Below are positions 11,511 through 21,080 of a stretch of 64,000 nucleotides of DNA, one piece after another. Below the pieces are notes generated by a model. It made no database searches. It was not told the origin of the DNA and saw nothing but the letters and a program-made list of their open reading frames with translations. Position numbers and translations under genes: made by a program. Source of the DNA: an uncultured Acidobacteriota bacterium (GTDB taxonomy: Bacteria > Acidobacteriota > Thermoanaerobaculia > Multivoradales > UBA5704); the NCBI GenBank assembly GCA_963700145.1, contig OY969474.1:704001-768000 (forward strand), read 5' to 3'. The stretch's first letter is position 1, and every line of letters begins with the position of its first letter.

Positions 11511-12389
11511 TCAGCGCACCTTGATCGACACCGGCCCGTTGACCGTCGAGAGGCGCACGCGGACGGGGCCTTCGCCGAGCTCGAAGCGTCGGCCTTCGTC
11601 TTGCCAGGTGCGGCGGGCGGCGGCGCAGCCGGAGCAGCTCCAGGGGGAGTTGCCGGAGGCCTCGACGACGACGCCGGAGCGGAAGGACTCGTCGACCGAG
11701 AGGCTGAGCGGGCCGTTGACCGCGCGGGCGTCGAGGCCCTCGCCGTCCCAGTCGCCGTCGGCGAGGCGCACCGAGATCGGGCCGTTGTTGGCGCGCACCT
11801 TCACGTCGCCGCCGCCGCCGGAGATCGAGACCGGGCCGTTCTGCACCGCGACGTCGTAGGCGCCTTCGGTGCCGCGCAGCGCGATCGGTCCGTTCTCGGC
11901 GCGCAGCCGGAAGTCACCCGCGGTGTCGCGCACGGCGAGGGGGCCGTTGCGCACCGCGACGTCCATCGCCGCGTCGCGCGGGGCCGCGATCAGGAAGTAG
12001 ACCAGCCAGTCGCCGCCGCCCGGCCCGCTGCCGGCGAGCCGGCCGTCGCCGGATTCGACGCGGATGCGCCCGAGCTGCCGCTCCGCGGCCTCCTGCGTCC
12101 CCGCCACGGCGGCCTTGCAGACCTGTACCTCGTAGTCCCGCCCGGCGCCGCCGGTGACGTAGACGCCGCCGTTGCGCGACCCCTCGACGACCAGCCGCGC
12201 GCCACGGGGCGCCGGCAGGGTCAAGGACTCCTCGGCCCGCGCCACCCGCCGACCGTGGGCGGTGACTTCGAGGTCCGAGCAGTCGCGGATGTCGTCCCCC
12301 CGCGTGCTGACGTTGAAACCGTCGGCGCAGGCGGGCGCGGACGCGAGCAGCAGGGCCGCGGCCGCGAGGTACAGCGAGTGAGTGCGCAT
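11511..12389 (-). CDS. Secreted DUF4097-like beta-strand repeat protein
   Basis: Signal peptide MRTHSLYLAAAALLLASAPA; repeated xxNGP[LIV]x[LIV] units. Confidence 0.7.
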   Translation of the reverse strand: MRTHSLYLAAAALLLASAPACADGFNVSTRGDDIRDCSDLEVTAHGRRVARAEESLTLPAPRGARLVVEGSRNGGVYVTGGAGRDYEVQVCKAAVAGTQEAAERQLGRIRVESGDGRLAGSGPGGGDWLVYFLIAAPRDAAMDVAVRNGPLAVRDTAGDFRLRAENGPIALRGTEGAYDVAVQNGPVSISGGGGDVKVRANNGPISVRLADGDWDGEGLDARAVNGPLSLSVDESFRSGVVVEASGNSPWSCSGCAAARRTWQDEGRRFELGEGPVRVRLSTVNGPVSIKVR

Positions 12390-12544
12390 CGGATCGTCTC
12401 CTCTGAAGAGCGCGCCGCCGGGCCGGCGGCCGCGCTGCACCTCCTTAGACGCGCCGTGCCGCGCCCGGTTGGCCCGTGCAAAAGAAAAGCGGCGGACCGC
12501 GTCGCCGCGACCCGCCGCCAGCTACCGCAGGATCCCTCCTCCGC

Positions 12545-15490
12545 TTACTTCACCTTCAGCTTCCAGATGCCCTGGCCGTGCGTGCCGGCCAAGAGGGAGT
12601 CCCTCTCCGGCATGTAGACCAGGTCGGCCACGTTGACGTTGGGCAGACCGGCCGGCGAGGGCTTCCACTTGTCGGAGCCGTGCTTCTTCACCGCCACCCC
12701 GAAGCTGTTGCCGACGTAGATGTTGCCCTGGTTGGTGACGACGATCGCGTTGGCCGGAATGTCCGGGTAGTTCTTCTCCGGGTCCAGCGAGTCCAGCATG
12801 GTGAACGTCGCCGTTCCCGCCCCGGGGTTGTAGGTCACTTCGAAGATGTGGCCCGGGGTGAGCGGCGTCTTGGCGCTGAAGCCGCTGTAGCTGATCCAGG
12901 CGTGGTTGGGGTTGGTCCGGTCGACGAAGATCGCCGTCGGGTAGCGCGGCGGGTCGTTGGCGGCCAGGCTGTCGAGCCGGGTGAAGGTGACGGTCGTGGG
13001 GTCCGCGTTGTCGACGTTCTTGGAGATGAAGACGCGGCCGGTGCTCGTCGTCGCCCACAGCGTCTTGGTGTCGCTGTAGGCGCGCTCCACCGTGGAGATG
13101 TGCCCGCCGGCGCGGTCGCCGAAGACCGCGTTGGTCAACCTGCCGGCCGCGGTCTGATTGCCCAGCGCCCTCCAGTCGTCGCAGAGGTCGGTGAGCGGCT
13201 CGTAGGTGCCGTCCTCGTCGATGTCGCCGTCGCCGGTCCAGACGCTGCAGTGCTGCCGGTGCTTGGCCTTGGTCAGCCCGACGGCGCGGCCCCAGTTCTT
13301 CGAGCGGAACACGTGCTCGCGGCCGGTCCAGAGGGTGCCGGGCGTCACCGGGTCGGTGATCGCGCTGGTGATGAACGGAGAGGCCTCGTTGAAGAGGATG
13401 AACAGGGTGTCCGAGATCCAGTTGACGTCGGCCTGGTCGAGCGAGTTGTAGCGCACCGAGAGCTGGCCGGACTGGAAGGAGGTCAGCGCGAACTCCGGAT
13501 CGTGGCCCGGCCCCGGCGCGTCGAAGGCGTTGTGGCCGCCGTCGGCGACGTTGACGTTGACCCAGGTGTCCTTGTCGCCCAGCGTTTCCCACGAGCCGTT
13601 GTCCTGGGTGCCGCCGGCGAGCCGGTCGGGGTTCGTGCGGTCGTACTCGACCTGGTAGAAGTGGAGGGTCCGCAGCCCCTTGTTGATCGCCCGGAGCTCC
13701 TGCGGCACCCGCGACAGCACCAGCTCGCAGAACGTGCGGTTCCCGCCGGTGTACGACTTCGGCGGGGCCGCACAGTCGGCCGACTCGTCGACGAAGACGC
13801 CGTCCGAGCGGTTGACGCCGCCGTCCCCGAAGTCGAAGAACTGCATCCAGTTGGTGGGGTTGACGACGACCGCGTGGTGGTCCGGGTGCAGCGCGCCCGG
13901 CTGGGTGTTGCTGCGGCTGTCCTCGGTCAGGTCGGTGAACGTCGCCCCGGCGTCGGTGGAGACCAGGACGGCGCGGCCGTTCGACCGCCCGGTGGAGCTG
14001 GGCGCGTAGTTGTTCTCGTTGTACTGGTTGGCGCCCGCGAGGTAGACGGTGTCGACCGTCGCTCCCGACGACGCCGGCGGCACGTACACGTAGCTGTCGT
14101 AGGAGCACTGCCCGTCGCAGAAGCCGAAGCTGGAGTAGCCCGGCGAGTTGACGACGGAACTCGTGGTGGTGACCCAGGTGGCCGCGACCGTGGCGGCGGC
14201 CGGGTTGCGCACCGCGTCGTTGCGGCGGAAGCGGGCGAACAGGCCGCCGCCGCCGACGCCGACGTACATCCGCGTCTCGCCGCTCGGCAGCTCGACGACG
14301 TCGAACTCGGCGCGCTCGGTGGTGACCGTGGCGGCTCCGAGCCGCGGCATGATCTGCTCCCAAGTTCCCGGATCGCCGTTCGACTTCGAGCGCCAGATGC
14401 CGCGGGCGAAGAACGAGGCGTAGACCGTGTTCGGGTCGACGGGGTCGAACTTCACACGGCGCGCGCCGCGCGGCGAGCAGGCCGTCAGGTTCAACGACAC
14501 GTCGTCCGGGGTGTTGGCGGTGCAGTTCGCGGGCGCGCCCTGGTTGACCAGCTCCCAGGTCTGGCCGCGGTCCTGCGACCGCCAGACCCCGAAGTGCGGC
14601 GCGCCCGGGATCAGCGCGTCGGCGCCGCCGCAGCAGGTGTTGCTGACGCCCACGACGCCGCGGCCGGCGCCGACGAAGATGGTATTGGGGTCGCCCGGCT
14701 TGACCTCGACCGAGCCGGCGGCGCGGCCGAAGAAGGCCTCCACGCCGAGCGGACCGCTCCAGGAGTTGCCGCCGTTGGTCGACACGTAGACGCCGACCCC
14801 GGCCTCGCAGCCGCTGCCGCAGGCGTTGGGCTCGCCGGTGCCGGCCCATAGCGTCCGGTGGCTGGCGTCGTTGGGGTCGAGCGCGAGGGACGAGACGTTG
14901 TTCTGCTCGAAGCTGTGCGAGATGTACTCCCAGGCCGGCTCGGGAGCGAGCGCGTCGGCGGTCCGCCAGACGCCGCCGTTGGCGTTGGCGATCCACAGGG
15001 TGCAATCGCCCGCCGTGCAGTCCGGCGAGATCACGGCGTGGACCGTGCGGCCGCTGAAGTTCTCGGTCCCGGCGTTGTACACGGAGCGGTCGCGGTACGG
15101 GTTGGCCAGGTCGTTGAGGCCGTTGGTGGGACCGAAGGGCTGCCAGGCCCCCGTCCCTTCGGCCGGCCGCGCCTTGAACCCCTGCCAGCCGGCGAGCGCT
15201 CCGCTCAAGGCGCTGAGCGGAGTCGGCCCGTTGCCCTGGCCGTCGGTGTTCTTCTCCAGCCAGTCCTGTTCGGCGAAGCTGGCGGGGCCGGCTTCCTGCA
15301 GCCTCGTTTCGTCCCAGGGCGCGAACTTCTGCGCCTGCGCCATCTTCTGGGCCAGCGCGGCCGGCTTCTTCCCCCCGACCGCGCGCTCGGGTTTGGCCAT
15401 CGTGCGCTGGGTCGCGCACGAGGCGGCGAGCAGCGGGACGAGAAAGGCGAGGAAAACCACCACGTGCCGACGAAGCAGCATGCTCTTCAT
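12545..15490 (-). CDS. Large lipoprotein with Asp-box/BNR beta-propeller repeats (sortilin/GH74-like fold)
   Basis: Lipobox-like LLAASC; Asp-boxes VSTNGGNSW, RSQDRGQTW and VSTDAGATF; HPDHH, GGTQDNG and GTHGQGIW motifs. Confidence 0.75.
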   Translation of the reverse strand: MKSMLLRRHVVVFLAFLVPLLAASCATQRTMAKPERAVGGKKPAALAQKMAQAQKFAPWDETRLQEAGPASFAEQDWLEKNTDGQGNGPTPLSALSGALAGWQGFKARPAEGTGAWQPFGPTNGLNDLANPYRDRSVYNAGTENFSGRTVHAVISPDCTAGDCTLWIANANGGVWRTADALAPEPAWEYISHSFEQNNVSSLALDPNDASHRTLWAGTGEPNACGSGCEAGVGVYVSTNGGNSWSGPLGVEAFFGRAAGSVEVKPGDPNTIFVGAGRGVVGVSNTCCGGADALIPGAPHFGVWRSQDRGQTWELVNQGAPANCTANTPDDVSLNLTACSPRGARRVKFDPVDPNTVYASFFARGIWRSKSNGDPGTWEQIMPRLGAATVTTERAEFDVVELPSGETRMYVGVGGGGLFARFRRNDAVRNPAAATVAATWVTTTSSVVNSPGYSSFGFCDGQCSYDSYVYVPPASSGATVDTVYLAGANQYNENNYAPSSTGRSNGRAVLVSTDAGATFTDLTEDSRSNTQPGALHPDHHAVVVNPTNWMQFFDFGDGGVNRSDGVFVDESADCAAPPKSYTGGNRTFCELVLSRVPQELRAINKGLRTLHFYQVEYDRTNPDRLAGGTQDNGSWETLGDKDTWVNVNVADGGHNAFDAPGPGHDPEFALTSFQSGQLSVRYNSLDQADVNWISDTLFILFNEASPFITSAITDPVTPGTLWTGREHVFRSKNWGRAVGLTKAKHRQHCSVWTGDGDIDEDGTYEPLTDLCDDWRALGNQTAAGRLTNAVFGDRAGGHISTVERAYSDTKTLWATTSTGRVFISKNVDNADPTTVTFTRLDSLAANDPPRYPTAIFVDRTNPNHAWISYSGFSAKTPLTPGHIFEVTYNPGAGTATFTMLDSLDPEKNYPDIPANAIVVTNQGNIYVGNSFGVAVKKHGSDKWKPSPAGLPNVNVADLVYMPERDSLLAGTHGQGIWKLKVK

Positions 15491-15612
15491 TCTTCCCCCT
15501 TCGTTGAGTGCGATTGTGGACGGGACGACGCGCTATTTCTGACACGCTTCGCGGCAAAGGTCAACTCTTCGCCAACACTCTACGCAGCAAAGCGATATCT
15601 CTTTTTGGCGAT

Positions 15613-17493
15613 TCAAGCTCCTTCTGTCGGAGCGAGCGCCTCGCGCACCTTCGCCAGCACCGCCTCGCCGTAGCGGGCGAGCTTCGCCTCGCCGATGCCG
15701 GAGACCTGGCCGAGCTCGGCGAGGGTGCGCGGCGCGCGCGCGGCGACGGCGCGGAGGGTGGCGTCGTGGAAGACGACGTAGGCCGGCACGCCCTGCGCCA
15801 GCGCCAGGTCGCGGCGCAGGGCGCGCAGCGCCTCGAACAGCTGCTCGGCGGCGGGATCGAGAGGGACGGCGGCGAAGAGGCCCGGCGCCGCGCCGGCGGC
15901 GCTCCGGTCGGCGCGGCGGCGGGTGCGCGCCGAGGGCTTTCGCTCCTCGCGCAGGAGGAGGCTCTTCTCGCCGCGCAGCACCGGCCAGGCGTCGGGCTCG
16001 AGCCGCAGCGTCTGCATCCCCTCGACCTCCGCCGCGAGGAGGCCGCGCACCAGGAGCTGGCGCAGCAGCGTCCGCCAGGCCTTGGGCTCGAGGTCGGCGC
16101 CGACGCCGAAGGTGGGGAGGCGCTCGTGGCCGTGACGCAGCACCTTCTCGGTGCGCTCGCCGCGCAGCACGTCGATGACGTGCATCATCCCGAAGCGCTG
16201 GCCGGTGCGGTAGACCGCCGAGAGCGCCTTCTGCGCCGGCACCGTGGCGTCCCAGGTGGCGATCGGCTCGAGGCAGGTGTCGCAGTTGCCGCAAGGGCCG
16301 GGCGGCTCCTCGCCGAAGTAGCGCAGCAGGGAGCGCCGCCGGCACTCCGTCGTCTCGCAGTAGCCGAGGAGCGAGTCGAGCTTGCGCCGCTCGACCTGCT
16401 TGCGCGTCTCCTCGGCCTCGCCGGCGTCGATCCGCCGCCGCAGCGCCAGCACGTCGCCGAGGCCGTAGGTCATCCAGGCGTCGGCCGGCTCGCCGTCGCG
16501 GCCGGCGCGCCCGGTCTCCTGGTGGTAGGCCTCGAGGCTGCTCGGCAAGTCGAGGTGGGCGACGAAGCGCACGTCGGGACGGTCGATGCCGAGGCCGAAG
16601 GCGACGGTGGCGACGACCACCAGCCCCTCGCCGGAGCGGAAGCGGCCGAGCGTCGCCGCGCGCTCGGCGGGGCTCAGGCCGGCGTGGTAGGGGAGCGCGG
16701 CAACGCCCTGCTCGGCGAGGAACGATGCCGTCGCCTCGACCTTGGCGCGCGACAGGCGGTAGACGATGCCGCAGTCGCCGGGATGCTCCTCGCGCAGGAA
16801 GGTCAGGAGCTGGCGCGCCGGGTCCTCGCGCTTGTCGACGACGCGGTAGCGCACGTTCGGGCGGTCGAAGCTGGCGAGGAAGAGCCGCGCCCGCGGCAGG
16901 TCCAGCCGCTCGACGATCTCGCGCCGCGTCGGTGGGTCGGCGGTGGCGGTGAGGGCGAGCCGCGGCACGCCGGGGAAGCGGCGGCCGAGGACGCCGAGAC
17001 CCAGGTACTCGGGGCGGAAGTCGTGCCCCCACTGCGAGACGCAGTGCGCCTCGTCGATGGCGAGGAGGGCGAGCGGCGTCTGGTCGAGGAGGGTGAGGAA
17101 GCGGTCGGTGAGAAGGCGCTCGGGCGCGACGTAGAGGAGGTCGAGCTCGCCCGCGGCGAAGCGGCGCTCGACGGCGGCGAGCTCGCCGGGCGGAAGCCCC
17201 GAGTGCGCCGCGGCCGCCGCCACGCCGAGCTGCCGCAGCGCCGCTACTTGGTCCTGCATCAACGCCACGAGCGGCGAGACGACCACCCCGGTCCCCGGCC
17301 GCAGGATGGCGGGAAGCTGGAAGCAGAGCGACTTCCCGCCGCCCGTCGGCCAGACGACGAAGGCGTCGTCCCCGGCGAGGAGGGAAGCCACCACCGACTC
17401 CTGCGCGCCGCGGAAGGCGTCGAACCCGAAGACCCGCTTGAGCGTGGCGCGGGCGTCGGCAAGGGTGGTGGGGGAGAGCGAGGCGGTCACCAT
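15613..17493 (-). CDS. recQ: ATP-dependent DNA helicase RecQ
   Basis: [38 protein letters not shown] Zn site (CRR...CGNCDTC) and HRDC ([11 protein letters not shown]). Confidence 0.97.
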   Translation of the reverse strand: MVTASLSPTTLADARATLKRVFGFDAFRGAQESVVASLLAGDDAFVVWPTGGGKSLCFQLPAILRPGTGVVVSPLVALMQDQVAALRQLGVAAAAAHSGLPPGELAAVERRFAAGELDLLYVAPERLLTDRFLTLLDQTPLALLAIDEAHCVSQWGHDFRPEYLGLGVLGRRFPGVPRLALTATADPPTRREIVERLDLPRARLFLASFDRPNVRYRVVDKREDPARQLLTFLREEHPGDCGIVYRLSRAKVEATASFLAEQGVAALPYHAGLSPAERAATLGRFRSGEGLVVVATVAFGLGIDRPDVRFVAHLDLPSSLEAYHQETGRAGRDGEPADAWMTYGLGDVLALRRRIDAGEAEETRKQVERRKLDSLLGYCETTECRRRSLLRYFGEEPPGPCGNCDTCLEPIATWDATVPAQKALSAVYRTGQRFGMMHVIDVLRGERTEKVLRHGHERLPTFGVGADLEPKAWRTLLRQLLVRGLLAAEVEGMQTLRLEPDAWPVLRGEKSLLLREERKPSARTRRRADRSAAGAAPGLFAAVPLDPAAEQLFEALRALRRDLALAQGVPAYVVFHDATLRAVAARAPRTLAELGQVSGIGEAKLARYGEAVLAKVREALAPTEGA

Positions 17494-17636
17494 GGAGAGA
17501 ATGACGGAAAAGCGCCTGTCCCGCTCTTCCCTTTGATGCGCACTTGACCATATAGCGATTCTGCTAGGGGAGTTCGACCGCCGGGGCACCGACGTCGCCG
17601 GGATGGGGGACCCTCGCCTTTCGAAGGAGAACGACC

Positions 17637-18179
17637 ATGCGATCGACCTCGCGCACGTCCTGTCCACACACCCTGGTCCCGGTCCTGCTGCTCCTCTTCG
17701 CCGCCGCGCCTGCCTTCGCGGAGCGCGTCACGAACACGCCGCTCCTCTTCGCGGTCGAGGTCGGCGCGGGCGCCGCGCGTGAAGCGCAGCTCGAATGCGC
17801 CGCGGCGGCGCGCGCCGGCGAGCGGGCGGGACTCATGGTGCGCAACGCCGGCCCCTACGAAGCCGTCCTCTTCTTCGCCAACGGTCAGGAGCGGACTCTC
17901 GCACCGGGCGAGCGGATCACTCTGTCCGCCGAGGCCGCCGCCCTCTCGACCCACCGCTGCGTCTGCCGCTGCACCTGCTCGGGCGAAGGCTTCAGCCAGC
18001 CCATTTCGTTCCCCTGCGATGCGAGCACCGGGCCGGATACTTGCCCGAGCGCGAACGGGTCGGCCTGCTTCGTCTTCGTGGGCAGCGACCTCAAGGAGGG
18101 CACGCTGAGCGGCTGCACCCGCGCCTATGTCCCGGTCGCCGCCCAACCGGCCGAGCAGGAGCCCGCGGAAAGGCCCTGA
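17637..18179 (+). CDS. Secreted hypothetical protein with Cys-rich C-terminal module
   Basis: AAGGAG RBS; signal peptide ending AFA; C-terminal CVCRCTC...C...C...C...C. Confidence 0.55.
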   Translation: MRSTSRTSCPHTLVPVLLLLFAAAPAFAERVTNTPLLFAVEVGAGAAREAQLECAAAARAGERAGLMVRNAGPYEAVLFFANGQERTLAPGERITLSAEAAALSTHRCVCRCTCSGEGFSQPISFPCDASTGPDTCPSANGSACFVFVGSDLKEGTLSGCTRAYVPVAAQPAEQEPAERP

Positions 18180-18242
18180 CTCAGCTCACCGAGCTCGAGC
18201 GTGCCGCCGGGTGAAGCCCGCAACCACCCGGCGGCACGCCGG

Positions 18243-18890
<648 letters not shown>

Positions 18891-18905
18891 GGTGAAGAGT
18901 CTACG

Positions 18906-20059
18906 TCACGGCGAGGGCGCGAGGTCACGGGCCAAGCCAGCCAGCGTCGCGTGCTGCTCGACGAGGAGGCCCCACGCGGCCGTGAGGCCGGTGGCCTGCC
19001 GCCAGAGCGATCCCGGCGGGGTCGAGCAGCAGCGCGTCGGCCGGGCCGAGCCGGGCGACGGCCGCCGCGACGGAAGGGGACGACACCACGCCTGCGGCTC
19101 GACGTAGGCGAGCCAGCCGGCGGCGGGGCTGGCCGTCGGCTCGGCCGGCAGGACATACCCCCAGCCGTCCGTCACCTTGCGCAGAGCCGCTTCGACGCCG
19201 GGGCGCACGATCCAGACCTCGCCGGCGAGCCCGGTCTCGACCGCCGCTTCGACGCGCAGCACGAAGACCCCGTCAACGATCTCGTTCCAGGCGCACAGCG
19301 GCACGCCGTCGGTCTGGCCGCGAACCAGAGTGCCGCCGCCGGTCAGCTCGTAGCCGGGCAGCGGCGGCGGCCGCACCGCCGGGGACAGCCGCATCCGCGC
19401 CAGCTCGGCACGCGTGAAGCGCTCCGCGAGGTCCGCGTCGCGGGCGAGCAGCGCCTGGGCCACGGCGGCGACCGCCGCGTCGGCGCCGCTCGCGGGGAGC
19501 AGCGCCGCCGCAGGGGCAGGGGACCGACTCCTCCCAGCCCAGCCACCACGGCGGCGTGGCCGCCGCACTGCGGGCAGACGGCCGGCATCGTCGCCGCGAT
19601 CCCGAGGACGATCTCCTGGGCCTCGGCGGCGGCGTGCGCCGCCACGCGCTTGTAGAGCCGGTAGGCGAGGACGATCCCCGCCCAGGAACCGAGCGTGCCG
19701 ATCGCTGTCGCCGCGAAGGCGCCGGCGAGCGCGAGCGGGCCGTCGGTGCCGCCGATCGCGAGACAAAAGAGGAGGACCGCGACCGCGACGAGGAAGCTGA
19801 GGATCGGCAGGCCGAGGAAGAGGCCGAGCAGCCACGGCAGCTTGCCGCGGAGGAGAACGGTCGCGACCCGCGCGGTGCCGATGGCCCGGAGCTGCTGGAG
19901 CGCCCGCCGCATGCGGGCGCGGTGGGCCCGCAGCCGCGCCAGCGTGGCGGCATCCGGCCGCTCGGTCGAGCCGCAGTGGGCGCACTCCGCCTCTCGCGGC
20001 GAGCGGGGCGCCCCGCAGGGCCGGCAGCACAGGGCGAAGCTCTCGGGAAGGGGAGCCAT
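18906..20059 (-). pseudogene. Membrane protein with Zn-ribbon motifs, frameshifted (pseudogene or sequencing indels)
   Basis: MAPLPESFALCCRPCG...CAHCG, two TM helices and CPQCGG in one frame. The plausible continuation switches frames near 19500-19545 and again near 19000-19080. Confidence 0.5.
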
Positions 20060-20063
20060 CCCC

Positions 20064-21080
20064 TCACTTGCAGACTTGGCGCTGAGTGACGTGTCGGGCC
20101 TGCACCTGGCACACGGCCCGCCCGTCGAAGCCGCAGGCGACACTGGATCCGCGAGGGAAGCAGCGCCACTTCTTCTCGGGGTGGGCGGTCGCGGAGACCA
20201 GTCGATACCCGCCCGCCTTGAAGCCTTCACACACCGTGAGAGCCTCCGCAGGGGCGCGCACGAGAGCGTCGGCGCGTGCCGCCGCTTCGCTGGCGAACGG
20301 ATCGAAGGAGGCGCGCACGACCAGTACCTCAAGGTGCTTTTCGGGCTTCCAGGTTTCCTCGGTCACGATCTCCACCGCCTGGAGCCGCCGCTGCGCCTCC
20401 TCCGCGTAGGCGCCGCGCGGAAAGCTCGTGAGATAGCCTCGCAGGCCCACGCAGTCGCCCGCACGACGGGCCGTCCAGAGGGCCTCCTCGGCCGCGGTCG
20501 GCACGCCGCCCAGGCCGCGCGCCGCACAGACGGCGCGCACGCCGGGCACGCGGCAGAGCTGGGCCTGCAGGCCGGCGACGTCCGCGGCGAAGCCGAGCAG
20601 GGCGAGCGCCACCGCCGCGCCGCTCGACCACCCGGCCAGCAGGCGCGCCCGCCGGGCGGTCGTGATCGGACGCGGCCTCGGCCCGCCGGCGACCAGCGCC
20701 TTGGCCGCCGCGACGAGGTTGCGGAAGCGCCGGTCGCGAGGATTGCCGCGCCAGCCGACGAGGTCGAGCGACTGCACCTCGCCGAAGCCGATAGGCTCGC
20801 TCACCGCGTCAATCCGCACCGGCAGGAGCACCCCCCGCGCCTTCGCCCGGCCGGCCTCGTCGTGCACGAACTCGCCCCGCGGGCTCGTGGAGGAAGCGCT
20901 CCAGACGACGATCACGCAGCGGGCAGCGTCGAGCTGCTCGGCGAGCGCTTGGCGCCAGCTCGCGCCGCCGGGAATGGCGCGATCCCACCAGACGGAGAGG
21001 CCGGCGCTCTCCAGGCCGGCCACGATAGGAGCAACGCGCGCCTCGTCCTCGCGCGTGTAGGAGACGAAGACGTCGCTCAT
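20064..21080 (-). CDS. TIR-domain protein with transmembrane helix and Cys-containing C-terminal domain
   Basis: MSDVFVSYTRED...VWWDRAIPGGASW...VIVVWS...FVHDEA (TIR_2, catalytic Glu retained); hydrophobic GAAVALALLGFAA segment; ATGA overlap with the upstream gene. Confidence 0.88.
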   Translation of the reverse strand: MSDVFVSYTREDEARVAPIVAGLESAGLSVWWDRAIPGGASWRQALAEQLDAARCVIVVWSASSTSPRGEFVHDEAGRAKARGVLLPVRIDAVSEPIGFGEVQSLDLVGWRGNPRDRRFRNLVAAAKALVAGGPRPRPITTARRARLLAGWSSGAAVALALLGFAADVAGLQAQLCRVPGVRAVCAARGLGGVPTAAEEALWTARRAGDCVGLRGYLTSFPRGAYAEEAQRRLQAVEIVTEETWKPEKHLEVLVVRASFDPFASEAAARADALVRAPAEALTVCEGFKAGGYRLVSATAHPEKKWRCFPRGSSVACGFDGRAVCQVQARHVTQRQVCK

